Source: a plasmid. Taken from it: 64,000 bases of DNA. This document shows, in pieces, positions 52,846 through 64,000 of the stretch. A model generated the notes under the pieces. That model worked only from the letters and a program-made list of their open reading frames with translations, did no database searches and was not told the origin of the DNA. The translations under genes and the position numbers were made by a program. Numbering within the stretch: position 1 is the first letter of the stretch; each line of letters starts with the position of its first letter. Location: sequence record NZ_CP106961.1, one strand, 5' to 3'.

Positions 52846-54246
52846 TTATTCTACCATGCAAGTTCGCAGCGGCCAGTAGCAGAATGCGTCCGGCGTGATG
52901 CCGGAGAATGTTAGCTGACCGGAGCAGGCCGGGAAGTAGCGGCTGCTCATCACCCCTTCACCGCCGTTTATGAAAATCTCCACGCTCGACTGGTCGATGA
53001 AAACACGCAGCGAGCGGACGTTTCCGCGCCAGTAACGATAATGCATCTCGTCGCTGGCGAGACTGCGTCGGGCCAGGCGGAGTCCGCTGGCATCGCACTC
53101 AAGGGTTAATACGCCGCCAAAATCGAGGCTCAACATATCGTCCCCGCGGGTTTGCAAATCGATTTCCATCGGTGCCAGCGGCAGGGCGTTCCCCGACCAG
53201 CCGTTCGCTTCACCGCGCAGGGCGCTCAGTTCCCGTAGCGGACGCTGATAGAGCTGACCGTTGATAAACTCCAGCTCACGCAGGCAGGTCATCTGATGGA
53301 TCCAGCCGTTGATGAGGGTCGGCTGAAGCATCTCTTCGCCCTCCGGCACGCCCATCCAGCCGACCAGCAGACGACGGCCATCACTGGTAAGCATGGTTTG
53401 CGGGGCGTAGAACTCAAAGCCGGCGTCCAGTTCGTGCAGTTCGCCATGGCTGAAAGCGCCACTAGCGTAATCAAACTCGCCCGCCATCCATACTGCCGGG
53501 TAGGTGTTCAGGTAACACTTTTCCTCGCGGGCAATCCCCTGCGGACAGCAGATTAGAATATGCTGGTCGCCGAGAGGAAAAAGATCCGGACACTCCCACA
53601 TATAGCCGACGTCGTCGAGGCCATTGATGCCGTGGCCGGCGATTTCACTCATACTCGTCCACTGATGGAGATCCGCAGAGCTGAACAGCAGCACCTTGCC
53701 GCGCTTTTGCCGATCCTGCGCACCCAGCACCATGTACCACAGGTCTTCGTGTCGCCAGACTTTTGGGTCGCGCACGTGGCCGGTGTAGCCCTCCGGCAGC
53801 GGCAGGACCGGGCCGATTTTGCGGAAGGTGCCGTCGGCGCTTTCCCTTGCCAGGCATTGCCAGGCGGTTCGCCCTCCGTCGGCAAACTTCACGTTGCCGG
53901 TATAGCACAGGGTAAGCGTACCGTTGTTATCCACCGCGCTGCCGGAGTAGCAGCCGTTACGGTCATACTCTTCGTCCGGCATCAGCGCAATGGGCTCATG
54001 CTGCCAGTGCAGCAGATCGGGGGAGCTCCAGTGCGCCCAGCACTTAAACGTATGATCGCAGGCGAGCGGGTTCCACTGATAAAACAAGTGATAGCGTCCG
54101 GCAAATTCGACAAAGCCGTTGGGGTCGTTCATCAGCCCGGTGACCGGCGCAAGGTGCCAGCGCGGATAGTGGCTATCGGCCAGCGCACGTGGCTGGCCCT
54201 GTATTACGGCCTGCAAAATCGCAGGCAGTCGTGATGGAAGAGACAT
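52846..54246 (-). CDS. scrB: Sucrose-6-phosphate hydrolase (GH32 invertase) ScrB
   Basis: GH32 motifs ([25 protein letters not shown]). Confidence 0.9.
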
Positions 54247-55616
54247 TATTCAGCGTCCGTTTTGTATTTCAAAACCAGGGAGACCGTAAAGGCGACGCCA
54301 AAGGCGATAACCATCCCGATAATGTAGTTCAACAGCGAACTGGCCTGCACGATGGCCATGCCGGGGATCGCTGTCAGGCCGACCGCGGTCATGTAGACGT
54401 GTACAGATACCACCCATGCGCCGCCCGCCGCACCACCAATCAGCGCCGCAATAAATGGCTTCACAAAGCGCAGGTTAATACCAAAAATCGCCGCCTCGGT
54501 GATGCCCAGCATGGCGGAAAACGCCGAGGGCAGAGTAATGGCTTTAATTTTTGCATCTTTGGTTTTGAACCACACCGCCAGACAGGCTCCGCCCTGAGCG
54601 ACGTTGGCCATCGCCCAAATCGGCAGCAGGAAGTTGACGCCGATGGAGGGATTGCCCAGCAACCCGGCTTCAACCGCATGGAAGCTGTGATGAATACCGG
54701 TAATGACGATAACTGAATAGAGACCGCCAAACAGTAACCCGGCGAGCCAGCCGGCGTGGCTAATCAGGGTGCTGAGGACAAACGAGATACCGTCGCCCAG
54801 TGCGCGACCGGCCGGGCCGATAATCAACAGGGCTATAAAACCGGATATAATCACCGTCAGGAACGGCGTCAGGATCAAATCCAGGGCATCGGGGATTGCG
54901 CGACGCAACTGCTTCTCAACGATGCTCATAAACCATACTGCCAGCAGTACCGGGAACACCGTACCCTGATAGCCGATCATGGCAATTTCGAAGCCGAAAA
55001 AGTTCATGGTGTGGAAACCCGCGGCCACGCCCCAGGCGTTAGTCAGCGCTGGATGAGTCAGAATGCCGCCAAGCGTCGCGCCGAGATAAGGATTACCGCC
55101 GAATTCGCGGGCGGCGGTAAAGCCAATCAGAATCGGCAGAATGATAAATGCCGCCGAGCTGCACATATCCAGCATGATGTAGATGGCGTTGCCCGGGTCA
55201 ACCCAGCCGTATGTTTTGACCATTCCCAGCAGGCCCATCAGCAGACCAGAGGCGACGATGGCAGGGATTATCGGCACGAAGATGTTTGATAGCAGGCGGG
55301 CGATGCGCTGGAACGGATTGAGCTTTTTTGCCGCGATGTCGGCGGCTTCCGATTTGCTGGATTCGCTAATACCCGCCGCCTGAGTAAAGGCAGCGTAGAC
55401 CTTATTTACCACCCCGGTGCCGAAAATAATCTGCATCTGTCCGGCATTACGAAAACAGCCCTTCACCCCTTCAACTTTGCCGATGGCCTGCTGGTCGGCC
55501 AGCGAATCATCGACCAGCACCAGGCGCAGGCGCGTGGCGCAGTGCGCGGCGCTGGCGATATTTTCTTTGCCTCCAAGAAGCGGAAGCAGCGAGCAGGAAA
55601 TCTGTTCAAAATCCAT
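54246..55616 (-). CDS. scrA: PTS sucrose-specific EIIBC component ScrA
   Basis: EIIB motif near the N-terminus (AAHCATRLRLVL) and a multi-transmembrane EIIC domain. Confidence 0.9.
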   Translation of the reverse strand: MDFEQISCSLLPLLGGKENIASAAHCATRLRLVLVDDSLADQQAIGKVEGVKGCFRNAGQMQIIFGTGVVNKVYAAFTQAAGISESSKSEAADIAAKKLNPFQRIARLLSNIFVPIIPAIVASGLLMGLLGMVKTYGWVDPGNAIYIMLDMCSSAAFIILPILIGFTAAREFGGNPYLGATLGGILTHPALTNAWGVAAGFHTMNFFGFEIAMIGYQGTVFPVLLAVWFMSIVEKQLRRAIPDALDLILTPFLTVIISGFIALLIIGPAGRALGDGISFVLSTLISHAGWLAGLLFGGLYSVIVITGIHHSFHAVEAGLLGNPSIGVNFLLPIWAMANVAQGGACLAVWFKTKDAKIKAITLPSAFSAMLGITEAAIFGINLRFVKPFIAALIGGAAGGAWVVSVHVYMTAVGLTAIPGMAIVQASSLLNYIIGMVIAFGVAFTVSLVLKYKTDAE

Positions 55617-55751
55617 AGTACCCTCTTAAGGCTTAAACATTTTTATGTTGTCGTCCCGCGTTCACGGGAGCGCTTTTTCTGCGTCTTAGCTGAGCCCGGG
55701 GTGACAAAGATGCTCTGACCCCCGGCTATTCCTGTCATCAGGCGTAAGCCG

Positions 55752-57327
<1,576 letters not shown>

Positions 57328-57370
57328 GCGCTATGTTAAGCCCGACCTTTGTTTTTCTTAAAACAAATAT

Positions 57371-57384
57371 GCTAAACCGGTTTA
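57371..57384. promoter_or_regulatory. ScrR operator-like palindrome (CTAAACCGGTTTAA) in the scrK-scrY intergenic region
   Basis: As above. Confidence 0.65.
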
Positions 57385-57434
57385 ATAAATGTGATGCATG
57401 CAACAAAGTGAGCCGCGCAAAGCGGCTTTAAGGA

Positions 57435-58358
57435 TTAAAACTGACGGTTGAGATCGCGCTGATAGGGCAAGGCGGTCATCGCACCTTTGGCTGTGGTGGC
57501 CAGGGCGCCGCAGGTCTGTGCAAGCGTGAGTGTCGGTTCCAGTGCGGTCATGTCCGTTGGCATCCCGTTAGCCGCAAGGCTGGCGAGCAGTCCGGCGACA
57601 AATGCGTCTCCCGCGCCGGTGGTGTCCACGCTGGCCACAGGCCGGGCGTTGAAATGGGTAAACTTCTGCTGAAACGCGGCAAGCACCCCCGCTTTGCCCC
57701 GGGTCACCAGTAGCAATTCTGGCTGATAGCGCTCCGTTACGCTGGCGATTCCGTATGCTAAATCATTACTGCTGCTGATGAAGACCAGCTCCTCTTCCGA
57801 TAGCTTTACCACGTTGGCCATGTGCAAAGCGCGATCGAGGCAGGCTAGCAGCAAAGCCTGATCCTGCCAGAGATCGGGACGAATATTAGGGTCAAAGCTG
57901 ACCCGACCGCCGGCAGACCTGATGCTCTCCATCGCCGCGAAGGTAGTGCTACGGCTGGGCTCGGCGCTGAGCGCGATGGAGCAGACGTGCAACCACTGTC
58001 CGGCGGCAAACTGTGGCAGGTCTTCTTCAACCAGGAACAGGTCCGCGCTGGGGCGTACCATAAAGGTAAAGGTGCGTTCCCCCTGGTCGTCAAGGTCGAC
58101 GACCACAGTGGACGTGCGGTGCTGATCGTCGAGATACATATGGCTGACGTCGACCTGCTCCTGTTGCAGGGTATGACGCATGTAGCGGCCAAACGGGTCA
58201 CCGCCGACGCGGCCGATAAATCCGCTGTTGCCGCCAAGGCGGGCAACCCCTACCGCCACGTTAGCCGGCGCGCCTCCAGGGCACTGCAGCAGGCGCCCTT
58301 CGCTCTCCGGCAGCAGGTCCACCACCGCGTCGCCCAGAACCCAAACTTTTGCATTCAT
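57435..58358 (-). CDS. scrK: Fructokinase ScrK (PfkB family)
   Basis: MNAKVWVLGDAVVDL... and the C-terminal PfkB motif DTTGAGDAF. Confidence 0.9.
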   Translation of the reverse strand: MNAKVWVLGDAVVDLLPESEGRLLQCPGGAPANVAVGVARLGGNSGFIGRVGGDPFGRYMRHTLQQEQVDVSHMYLDDQHRTSTVVVDLDDQGERTFTFMVRPSADLFLVEEDLPQFAAGQWLHVCSIALSAEPSRSTTFAAMESIRSAGGRVSFDPNIRPDLWQDQALLLACLDRALHMANVVKLSEEELVFISSSNDLAYGIASVTERYQPELLLVTRGKAGVLAAFQQKFTHFNARPVASVDTTGAGDAFVAGLLASLAANGMPTDMTALEPTLTLAQTCGALATTAKGAMTALPYQRDLNRQF

Positions 58359-58385
58359 GCTAAAACCCTCCAAAGCTAAACTTAA

Positions 58386-58399
58386 TTAAACCGGTTTAG
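58386..58399. promoter_or_regulatory. ScrR operator-like palindrome (TTAAACCGGTTTAG) upstream of scrK
   Basis: As above. Confidence 0.65.
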
Positions 58400-59349
58400 C
58401 ATATTAAATCACAGTGACCGAGTGGGTGGAACGTTCCAGCCGGAAAAGCGCGGCTCATGACATAAAAACGTGAGCCGCCTTATGAAATAGCGTTGATTTG
58501 ACAGCTGTGAAGACTGACGTCCTGGACACAAAACGTTACTGAGCGAAGAAGGCCAGACGTTATCAGGTCGGTCATGTATGACTGCGGGCACTGCTTGCCA
58601 GAGCCGTTCCCGGATGAACTGGCGGATGAATTCAGATTAGTGAATTCGATGAATTCGGTTTTTTTTAGAATTATCGGTAAACCAATGAGTCGCGATATTT
58701 CCCCTGCTAATGAGTTCTTCTGAAGGCGCCATCAAACCTGTCGAGGTTTAGATACCTTGAACCGGCATAGAGGCGCGGCCGCTAGCCTAAACTGGATTTA
58801 TTCCGTTCGGTGGCACCGTAGCCCGGTGAAGCCGGTAAAGGAGCAGAAGGGATCACCTGTCCCCACCCTTGCCCTATAAAGCGTTAATCCACTTAAAGCT
58901 ATTCAGACGCTGAATTACGCGGCCGGAGTGGTCCCGACAAGGCGAAGCCGCTGCCGGGGCGTATCTCCGAGTTAGCGCCGATTGAGGCGCTTACGAGCGT
59001 GTATTCCTATACTTACCGGTGCACTATTTACAGCGGCTCATAACCTAGTTACAACATCCATCATTAAAAGCGACACTACTCCCGGGCTTCGCCCGGGGCG
59101 GCGGCGCTATTCAGGGTTAGTCTGGGCTCAGTTGTTGCCGCTGTGCACGGAATTCGATTATTGGTTGAGATGGGCTCTCTGATTCATATTTGTGAGGGTA
59201 TTTCAGGTTGCAAGGGATGTAACTCTATTCTTATGTATGTTGTAACTATAATTTAAAAAAACTCATGGTCTTCTTAGGATCGTCAACAAAGTTATCGGTC
59301 CTGATTAATCTATGCGTCTTGTTTTTCCCGCCTCGGATTGAGCGTGATG

Positions 59350-59425
59350 CTATCTGGGGGCCGCTTGGAAAACGGAAAATATCCTACGTTAAGCCTGTTT
59401 TTTAAGCAGGAATGACAGGCAGCAA
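59350..59425 (+). repeat. Tn3-family end micro-remnant (38-bp IR GGGGGCCGCTTGGAAAACGGAAAATATCCTACGTTAAG plus tnpA 3-prime codons ...FLLKKQA* on the minus strand), interior pointing right
   Basis: Inverted near-duplicate of 44100-44215. Confidence 0.65.
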
Positions 59426-59482
59426 TGAGCGAACAGCGGACGTTGACGTTCTTTATAAAAATTCGGTTTGTGTTGTTTTGCA

Positions 59483-60277
59483 TTAGTTTAGAGACGAAAA
59501 ATATTGCGTCGGTGATTTACCCAGCGCTTTTCTGAACATCGTAATAAACGCGCTGACCGAATCATATCCCAGCGTTCCGGCTACACGCTGCACGGACTGA
59601 CCTTCAGCCAGATGGCTCAGGGCAATCATCAAATGCAGTTGCTGACGCCAGCGACCAAAGCTCATTCCTGTCGCCTCTTTTATCAGCCTGGCCAGCGATC
59701 GTTCGCTGGTGACCAGATGTGCAGCCCACTGCTTTAACGTTCGCCGATCATCAGGCTCATTAAAAAGTGCCTCCGCCATATTCCGGATTTTAGGATGATC
59801 GGATACGGGAAGATGGAGCGCTTCAACCGGCACATCCGGAATATGCTCCAGCAGCACCGCTGCGAGCCTGGCAGTTTTACTGTCAGGAGAATAAGCCTGT
59901 CCCTGCTCTGCCAGATACAGAACAAGCTCGCGGACCAGAGAAGTCATCGCCAGGGTACAGCAGATTTCCGGCATCGCTGCCGCGCCGGGTTCGATGAACA
60001 AAAAGCAGGTATCTGCATTCTTCGTGACCCGGCAACTGTGGGGAATTTTACCCGGAACCCAGACAGCATGTCCCGGTGGAACAAGCCACAGCGCATCCTC
60101 AACCTCACAGCTCACTGCACCGCGCAAAGAGATAATAAGTTGTCCCTTACGGTGAGAGTGCGGACTCTGACCTGCATACTCGCCTGACGATGATACATGC
60201 AGCGCGATAGCAGCCTGACTGAAAGCATCGGCATTAAACTCATCCGGTGAGGTCACCGGTTTTTTATTAACTGGCAT
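59483..60277 (-). CDS. AraC-family transcriptional regulator (cupin N-domain plus C-terminal HTH)
   Basis: C-terminal AraC HTH (QWAAHLVTSERSLARLIKEATGMSF...YDSVSAFITMFRKALGKSP). Confidence 0.85.
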   Translation of the reverse strand: MPVNKKPVTSPDEFNADAFSQAAIALHVSSSGEYAGQSPHSHRKGQLIISLRGAVSCEVEDALWLVPPGHAVWVPGKIPHSCRVTKNADTCFLFIEPGAAAMPEICCTLAMTSLVRELVLYLAEQGQAYSPDSKTARLAAVLLEHIPDVPVEALHLPVSDHPKIRNMAEALFNEPDDRRTLKQWAAHLVTSERSLARLIKEATGMSFGRWRQQLHLMIALSHLAEGQSVQRVAGTLGYDSVSAFITMFRKALGKSPTQYFSSLN

Positions 60278-60367
60278 GATTTAGTTATATGTTGTCAGAT
60301 TATCTATATTCTGTAACTCATGAGTCCTTTAAAGTCTTTCTTTTTACCAGAAAAAGCAAAATTTATG

Positions 60368-61555
60368 TCCCACACTACGAACAAGTGGTCTTCAATCATA
60401 CTTGTGACCGGCATCCTTTTTATAGCTATCAACCTGCGTGTTCCTTTTACCGCTATCGCACCCGTTTTAGAGTCTATTCGCCATGATTTTGGGCTAAGTA
60501 TTACTGCCGTTGGGTTGCTTAACTCGCTGCCTTTGCTGGCCTTTGCCGCCTTTTCACCGCTGAGCGCATCCATCTCACACAAGTACGGTCTTGAACGCAC
60601 CCTTTTTGGTGCCTTGGCCGTGATTTCAGCGGGCATCCTGCTTCGCTCCGCAGGCAGTGTCTGGGCGCTTTATGGCGGAACCATATTGATAGGTATCGGG
60701 ATTGCCCTCGGCAATGTCCTGCTGCCTGGCCTTATCAAACGTGACTTTTCTGGCAACGTGGCTTCCGTGACGGGGGCATATTCCATCACCATGGGCGCGG
60801 CTGGTGCTATTGGTTCAGCCATTGTCATTCCTCTGACGCAGAGCTGGGGCTGGAACATCGCGTTAGCCATGCTGGTTATTGCACCGCTGCTTGCGTTGCT
60901 TTTATGGTTGCCCCAGTTAAAGATGAAGCATCAGTTGCCAGGAGAGGGTGAGAAAAAAGCGGCGACCGTCGCGGTCTGGCGCTCGCCTCTGGCATGGCAG
61001 GTCACCTTGTTTATGGGCCTGAATGCGATGCCGTTTTATGTTGCTGTCGGCTGGCTACCCGCCATTCTAACGGACAGTGGACTCTCCTCAGCCCAGGCCG
61101 GTGAAGTACACGGCATTCTTCAGCTGACCACAGCTATTCCCGGCCTGATTCTGGCGGCCACGCTGCGTCGCCTCAACGATCAGAAAGCAGCCGCTGCCGG
61201 CGTCAGCCTGTTAACCGCTGCGTCCTTTATCGGCATCCTATACCTGCCAAATCTGGCGATGCTGTGGGCTGCTCTTCTCGGCTTCGGCTCGGGTGCCAGT
61301 ATGATGCTGGGCCTGACCTTCATCGGGCTACGTACCAAAAATGCCGGTGACGCCGCCGCGCTGTCAGGCATGGCGCAGAGCGTCGGTTATCTGATGGCGG
61401 CGATGGGTCCGCTGTTGCTGGGCAAAGTACAGGAGTTGTCCGGAGGCTGGACATTGCCATTACTGATGACCGCAGCAATCGCGGTCGCTGGTGCCTGCAC
61501 AGGAATGGCTGCCGGACGAAATGCACACCTGGAACCGGCACAGCAGCCGGGCTGA
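60368..61555 (+). CDS. MFS transporter (CynX/NimT-like), divergent from the AraC regulator
   Basis: 12 transmembrane segments. Start taken at MSHTTNKW. The ORF also has an upstream in-frame start at 60320. Confidence 0.75.
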   Translation, partial: SHTTNKWSSIILVTGILFIAINLRVPFTAIAPVLESIRHDFGLSITAVGLLNSLPLLAFAAFSPLSASISHKYGLERTLFGALAVISAGILLRSAGSVWALYGGTILIGIGIALGNVLLPGLIKRDFSGNVASVTGAYSITMGAAGAIGSAIVIPLTQSWGWNIALAMLVIAPLLALLLWLPQLKMKHQLPGEGEKKAATVAVWRSPLAWQVTLFMGLNAMPFYVAVGWLPAILTDSGLSSAQAGEVHGILQLTTAIPGLILAATLRRLNDQKAAAAGVSLLTAASFIGILYLPNLAMLWAALLGFGSGASMMLGLTFIGLRTKNAGDAAALSGMAQSVGYLMAAMGPLLLGKVQELSGGWTLPLLMTAAIAVAGACTGMAAGRNAHLEPAQQPG

Positions 61556-61673
61556 ATTTGCTGACACAGCAGGAGAGCGCTCTGTTCTCCTGCTGTGGAT
61601 ACTCTCCATTATCGTTCCGGTGATGCTGCCAACTTACTGATTTAGTGTATGATGGTGTTTTTGAGGTGCTCCA

Positions 61674-61949
61674 GTGGCTTCTGTTTCTATCAGCTGTCCC
61701 TCCTGTTCAGCTACTGACGGGGTGGTGCGTAACGGCAAAAGCACCGCCGGACATCAGCGCTATCTCTGCTCTCACTGCCGTAAAACATGGCAACTGCAGT
61801 TCACTTACACCGCTTCTCAACCCGGTACGCACCAGAAAATCATTGATATGGCCATGAATGGCGTTGGATGCCGGGCAACCGCCCGCATTATGGGCGTTGG
61901 CCTCAACACGATTTTACGTCACTTAAAAAACTCAGGCCGCAGTCGGTAA
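61674..61949 (+). CDS. insA: IS1 InsA (copy 2)
   Basis: Identical to copy 1. Confidence 0.9.
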
Positions 61950-62371
61950 CCTCGCGCATACAGCCGGGCAGTGACGTCATCGTCTGCGCGGAAATGGACG
62001 AACAGTGGGGCTATGTCGGGGCTAAATCGCGCCAGCGCTGGCTGTTTTACGCGTATGACAGGCTCCGGAAGACGGTTGTTGCGCACGTATTCGGTGAACG
62101 CACTATGGCGACGCTGGGGCGTCTTATGAGCCTGCTGTCACCCTTTGACGTGGCGATATGGATGACGGATGGCTGGCCGCTGTATGAATCCCGCCTGAAG
62201 GGAAAGCTGCACGTAATCAGCAAGCGATATACGCAGCGAATTGAGCGGCATAACCTGAATCTGAGGCAGCACCTGGCACGGCTGGGACGGAAGTCGCTGT
62301 CGTTCTCAAAATCGGTGGAGCTGCATGACAAAGTCATCGGGCATTATCTGAACATAAAACACTATCAATAA
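61868..62371 (+). CDS. insB: IS1 InsB (copy 2)
   Basis: Near-identical to copy 1. Confidence 0.85.
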
Positions 62372-62589
62372 GTTGGAGTCATTACCGCCTGTCTGTTAAG
62401 TTAAAACTTTCAGTGGCATTATGCTATTTGGGCACTATCCCTTTTCATCCTCTCGGATCTCAAAAAGTTATCAACATATACACCGGTTAGATCCTATAAC
62501 ACGATCCTATTGAAGATCCTAAATGGATCCTTATAGTCCCAAACAGATCCCCGATCGCTGCAAGCCACGTCAGACAAGGCATTCAGAGG

Positions 62590-62720
62590 ATTTGGGTGTG
62601 TCGTATTATGCAATAAGTGTGTCGCAACATGTAATTGGTGTGTCATGCCATGAGCAAAGTGGGTGACATCATGCTCTTGGTGTGTCATAACATGCAAAAT
62701 GGTGTGTCGCATCATGTCAA
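62590..62720. repeat. Upstream iterons of the Rep_3 replicon (about five repeats related to TGGTGTGTCRYAACATG)
   Basis: Directly repeated about 21-bp units sit immediately upstream of repA. Confidence 0.7.
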
Positions 62721-62784
62721 ATAACGAACTATCCACCTTTTGTGGATAACCTCGAATGGATTCTAACCACAGTGGTGTAACTAT

Positions 62785-63645
62785 ATGACTGATAACAATT
62801 TTATACCCTCCCAAATTACAAATGAAGGAGAGGTACACCAATTAACAGTCACAAACAATTCATCAGTTCAGCCAGCGATTTTACTGCGTCTGGGTGTCTT
62901 TGTTCCTGCCAGTCGTGCAATTCCTAAGGGGCAGAAGTCCGGTATAGATGTTTCTTCGTCGTTCTCCCAGCTTGAGTTCGCCCGTAAGGAAGGTTATGAC
63001 GAAGTCAGGATCTTTGGTGAGCGACTGAACATATCAACGGACTTCAGCGTCTGGATGGGCATTATTGGTGCCTTCAGTAAATACGGCTTGAAATCAAATA
63101 CCATCGAGCTGCCTTTCACTGAGTTCGCCGCGTTGTGCCAGTATGATTCTCGCCAGTTTAACAAACGTCTGCGTGACACCATTTTTGATGCTCTTACCCG
63201 GATTGGTACCAAGACTGTTCAATTCAACAGTAAGAAAACTGGAGATAAATTTTTTACTCAGCTCCTTAAGAGCGGTAAGTATACGAGAGAGTCCGATACA
63301 ATCACGCTCCAGGCCGATGAGCGCCTCCATGAACTGTACCAGATTGACTACAACATCCTACTGCGCAAGCGTCCCTACCATATGCTCAAAGGTAAAGAAG
63401 TTGCTCAGACACTCTATACCTACATAGCAAGTCTGCCCGATAACCCTGCCCCAATTAGATTTGATCGCATCATTGAGCGATTGAATTTGACCTCTCCAGT
63501 AAAGGAGCAGAACCGGCTGATCAAGGCTGCTTTGAAGCAACTACAAGTCATTGGCTACATTGAGTATTCCATTATTAAAGATGGTCGAACTCTAACTGTG
63601 TTGATTCATAAGCGAAATAAAAAACTCAAAGAAATGGGGTCATAG
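62785..63645 (+). CDS. repA: Rep_3-family replication initiator (RepFIB/RepA-like)
   Basis: 286 aa. It has a Rep_3-like architecture and is flanked by iteron arrays on both sides, as in RepFIB and P1-type replicons. Confidence 0.75.
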   Translation: MTDNNFIPSQITNEGEVHQLTVTNNSSVQPAILLRLGVFVPASRAIPKGQKSGIDVSSSFSQLEFARKEGYDEVRIFGERLNISTDFSVWMGIIGAFSKYGLKSNTIELPFTEFAALCQYDSRQFNKRLRDTIFDALTRIGTKTVQFNSKKTGDKFFTQLLKSGKYTRESDTITLQADERLHELYQIDYNILLRKRPYHMLKGKEVAQTLYTYIASLPDNPAPIRFDRIIERLNLTSPVKEQNRLIKAALKQLQVIGYIEYSIIKDGRTLTVLIHKRNKKLKEMGS

Positions 63646-63925
63646 AAGGTGGGTCACATTATGCAGGCGATCCAGTAATGGTGGGTCGTATCATGATTTT
63701 AGGTGTGTCATAACATGTTATCGTGGCACACTAGTATTCATGCCTGTTTTGTTAGGTTGATTTTTGTACCAATCCAAATGGACCCGCATGCTGTGACACA
63801 CCTTTAGCATATCGCTGCCCACTTTTTCATGTTTATACCCAACATTTTTAAGATCCTCCGATGATCGTTTTTCTAAGCATGTTGCGACACACTTTATGCA
63901 TGCTATGACCCACCTTTATCATTCA
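63646..63925. repeat. Downstream iterons of the Rep_3 replicon (direct and inverted copies of GGTGGGTCRYATCATG / CATG..GACACAC)
   Basis: Repeats related to the upstream iterons, in both orientations. Confidence 0.65.
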
Positions 63926-64000
63926 GGCTATTAAGAAGGTTATTCCCAATAAGTGCGGGTGATGCATTTATGAAAATTACATTTTGTAGAGGTCATGAGT

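Larger units (their letters stand above)
61619..62386 (+). mobile_element. IS1 (768 bp), copy 2, in direct orientation relative to copy 1, without a matching target-site duplication
   Basis: Nearly identical to copy 1; insB shows a single F-to-I amino-acid change. Confidence 0.9.

Overview
This window looks like a mosaic accessory region of a large enterobacterial (Klebsiella-type) plasmid. All calls come from reading ORF translations and DNA motifs by eye; no database search was run.

From left to right it contains:
- An ISL3-family transposase C-terminal fragment at the window edge, abutting a 5-prime-truncated Tn3-family tnpA that ends in a 38-bp Tn3-type inverted repeat (IR).
- An IS3-family insertion sequence (1229 bp, orfA/orfB with an A6G slippery site) that interrupts an unknown gene and has an intact 3-bp CAC target-site duplication. 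A second, damaged copy sits 21 kb downstream in direct orientation with no duplication.
- An AT-rich stretch (about 6.3-9.9 kb) with two striking repeat arrays: six 42-bp tandem direct repeats that resemble the F-plasmid sopC centromere, and an array of palindromic AAAAGTTAAACAT sites. An orphan ORF lies between them.
- An IS2-like element.
- A cassette-like island: a YciG-like stress protein, a Cys-rich four-helix-bundle protein, a vapBC toxin-antitoxin pair, a TonB-like lipoprotein, a GIY-YIG nuclease-family protein, a GNAT acetyltransferase, formaldehyde dehydrogenase, an alpha/beta hydrolase with a divergent LysR regulator, a KfrA-like protein and flavohemoglobin Hmp.
- A plasmid H-NS homologue.
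- A complete tellurite-resistance (ter) locus: a divergent 7-gene ter-associated biosynthetic operon (ATP-grasp, two PRTase-like proteins, HAD, CitE-like aldolase, DUF4236-like protein, wHTH regulator), then terZABCDE, a small membrane protein and a TerF-like TerD+vWA protein.
- A 19-kb segment bounded by two direct IS1 copies. It carries a tyrosine recombinase, a frameshifted BCCT (betT-like) transporter, IS debris, a truncated SDR with a LysR regulator, the sucrose regulon scrKYABR with its ScrR operators, and an AraC regulator with an MFS transporter.
- A Rep_3 (RepFIB-like) replication initiator flanked by iterons.

The most unusual feature is a conserved 22-24 nt hairpin (stem CCGCTT/AAGCGG, loop CTGGCACA) present five times. 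Three copies lie immediately 3-prime of an intact vapC or of diverged vapC 3-prime remnants that follow LysR-plus-enzyme modules. Two copies bracket the GIY-YIG gene. This suggests a previously unrecognised cassette-integration or recombination site family.

Two facing Tn3-type IR plus tnpA-3-prime micro-remnants also bracket the betT-to-scr segment.
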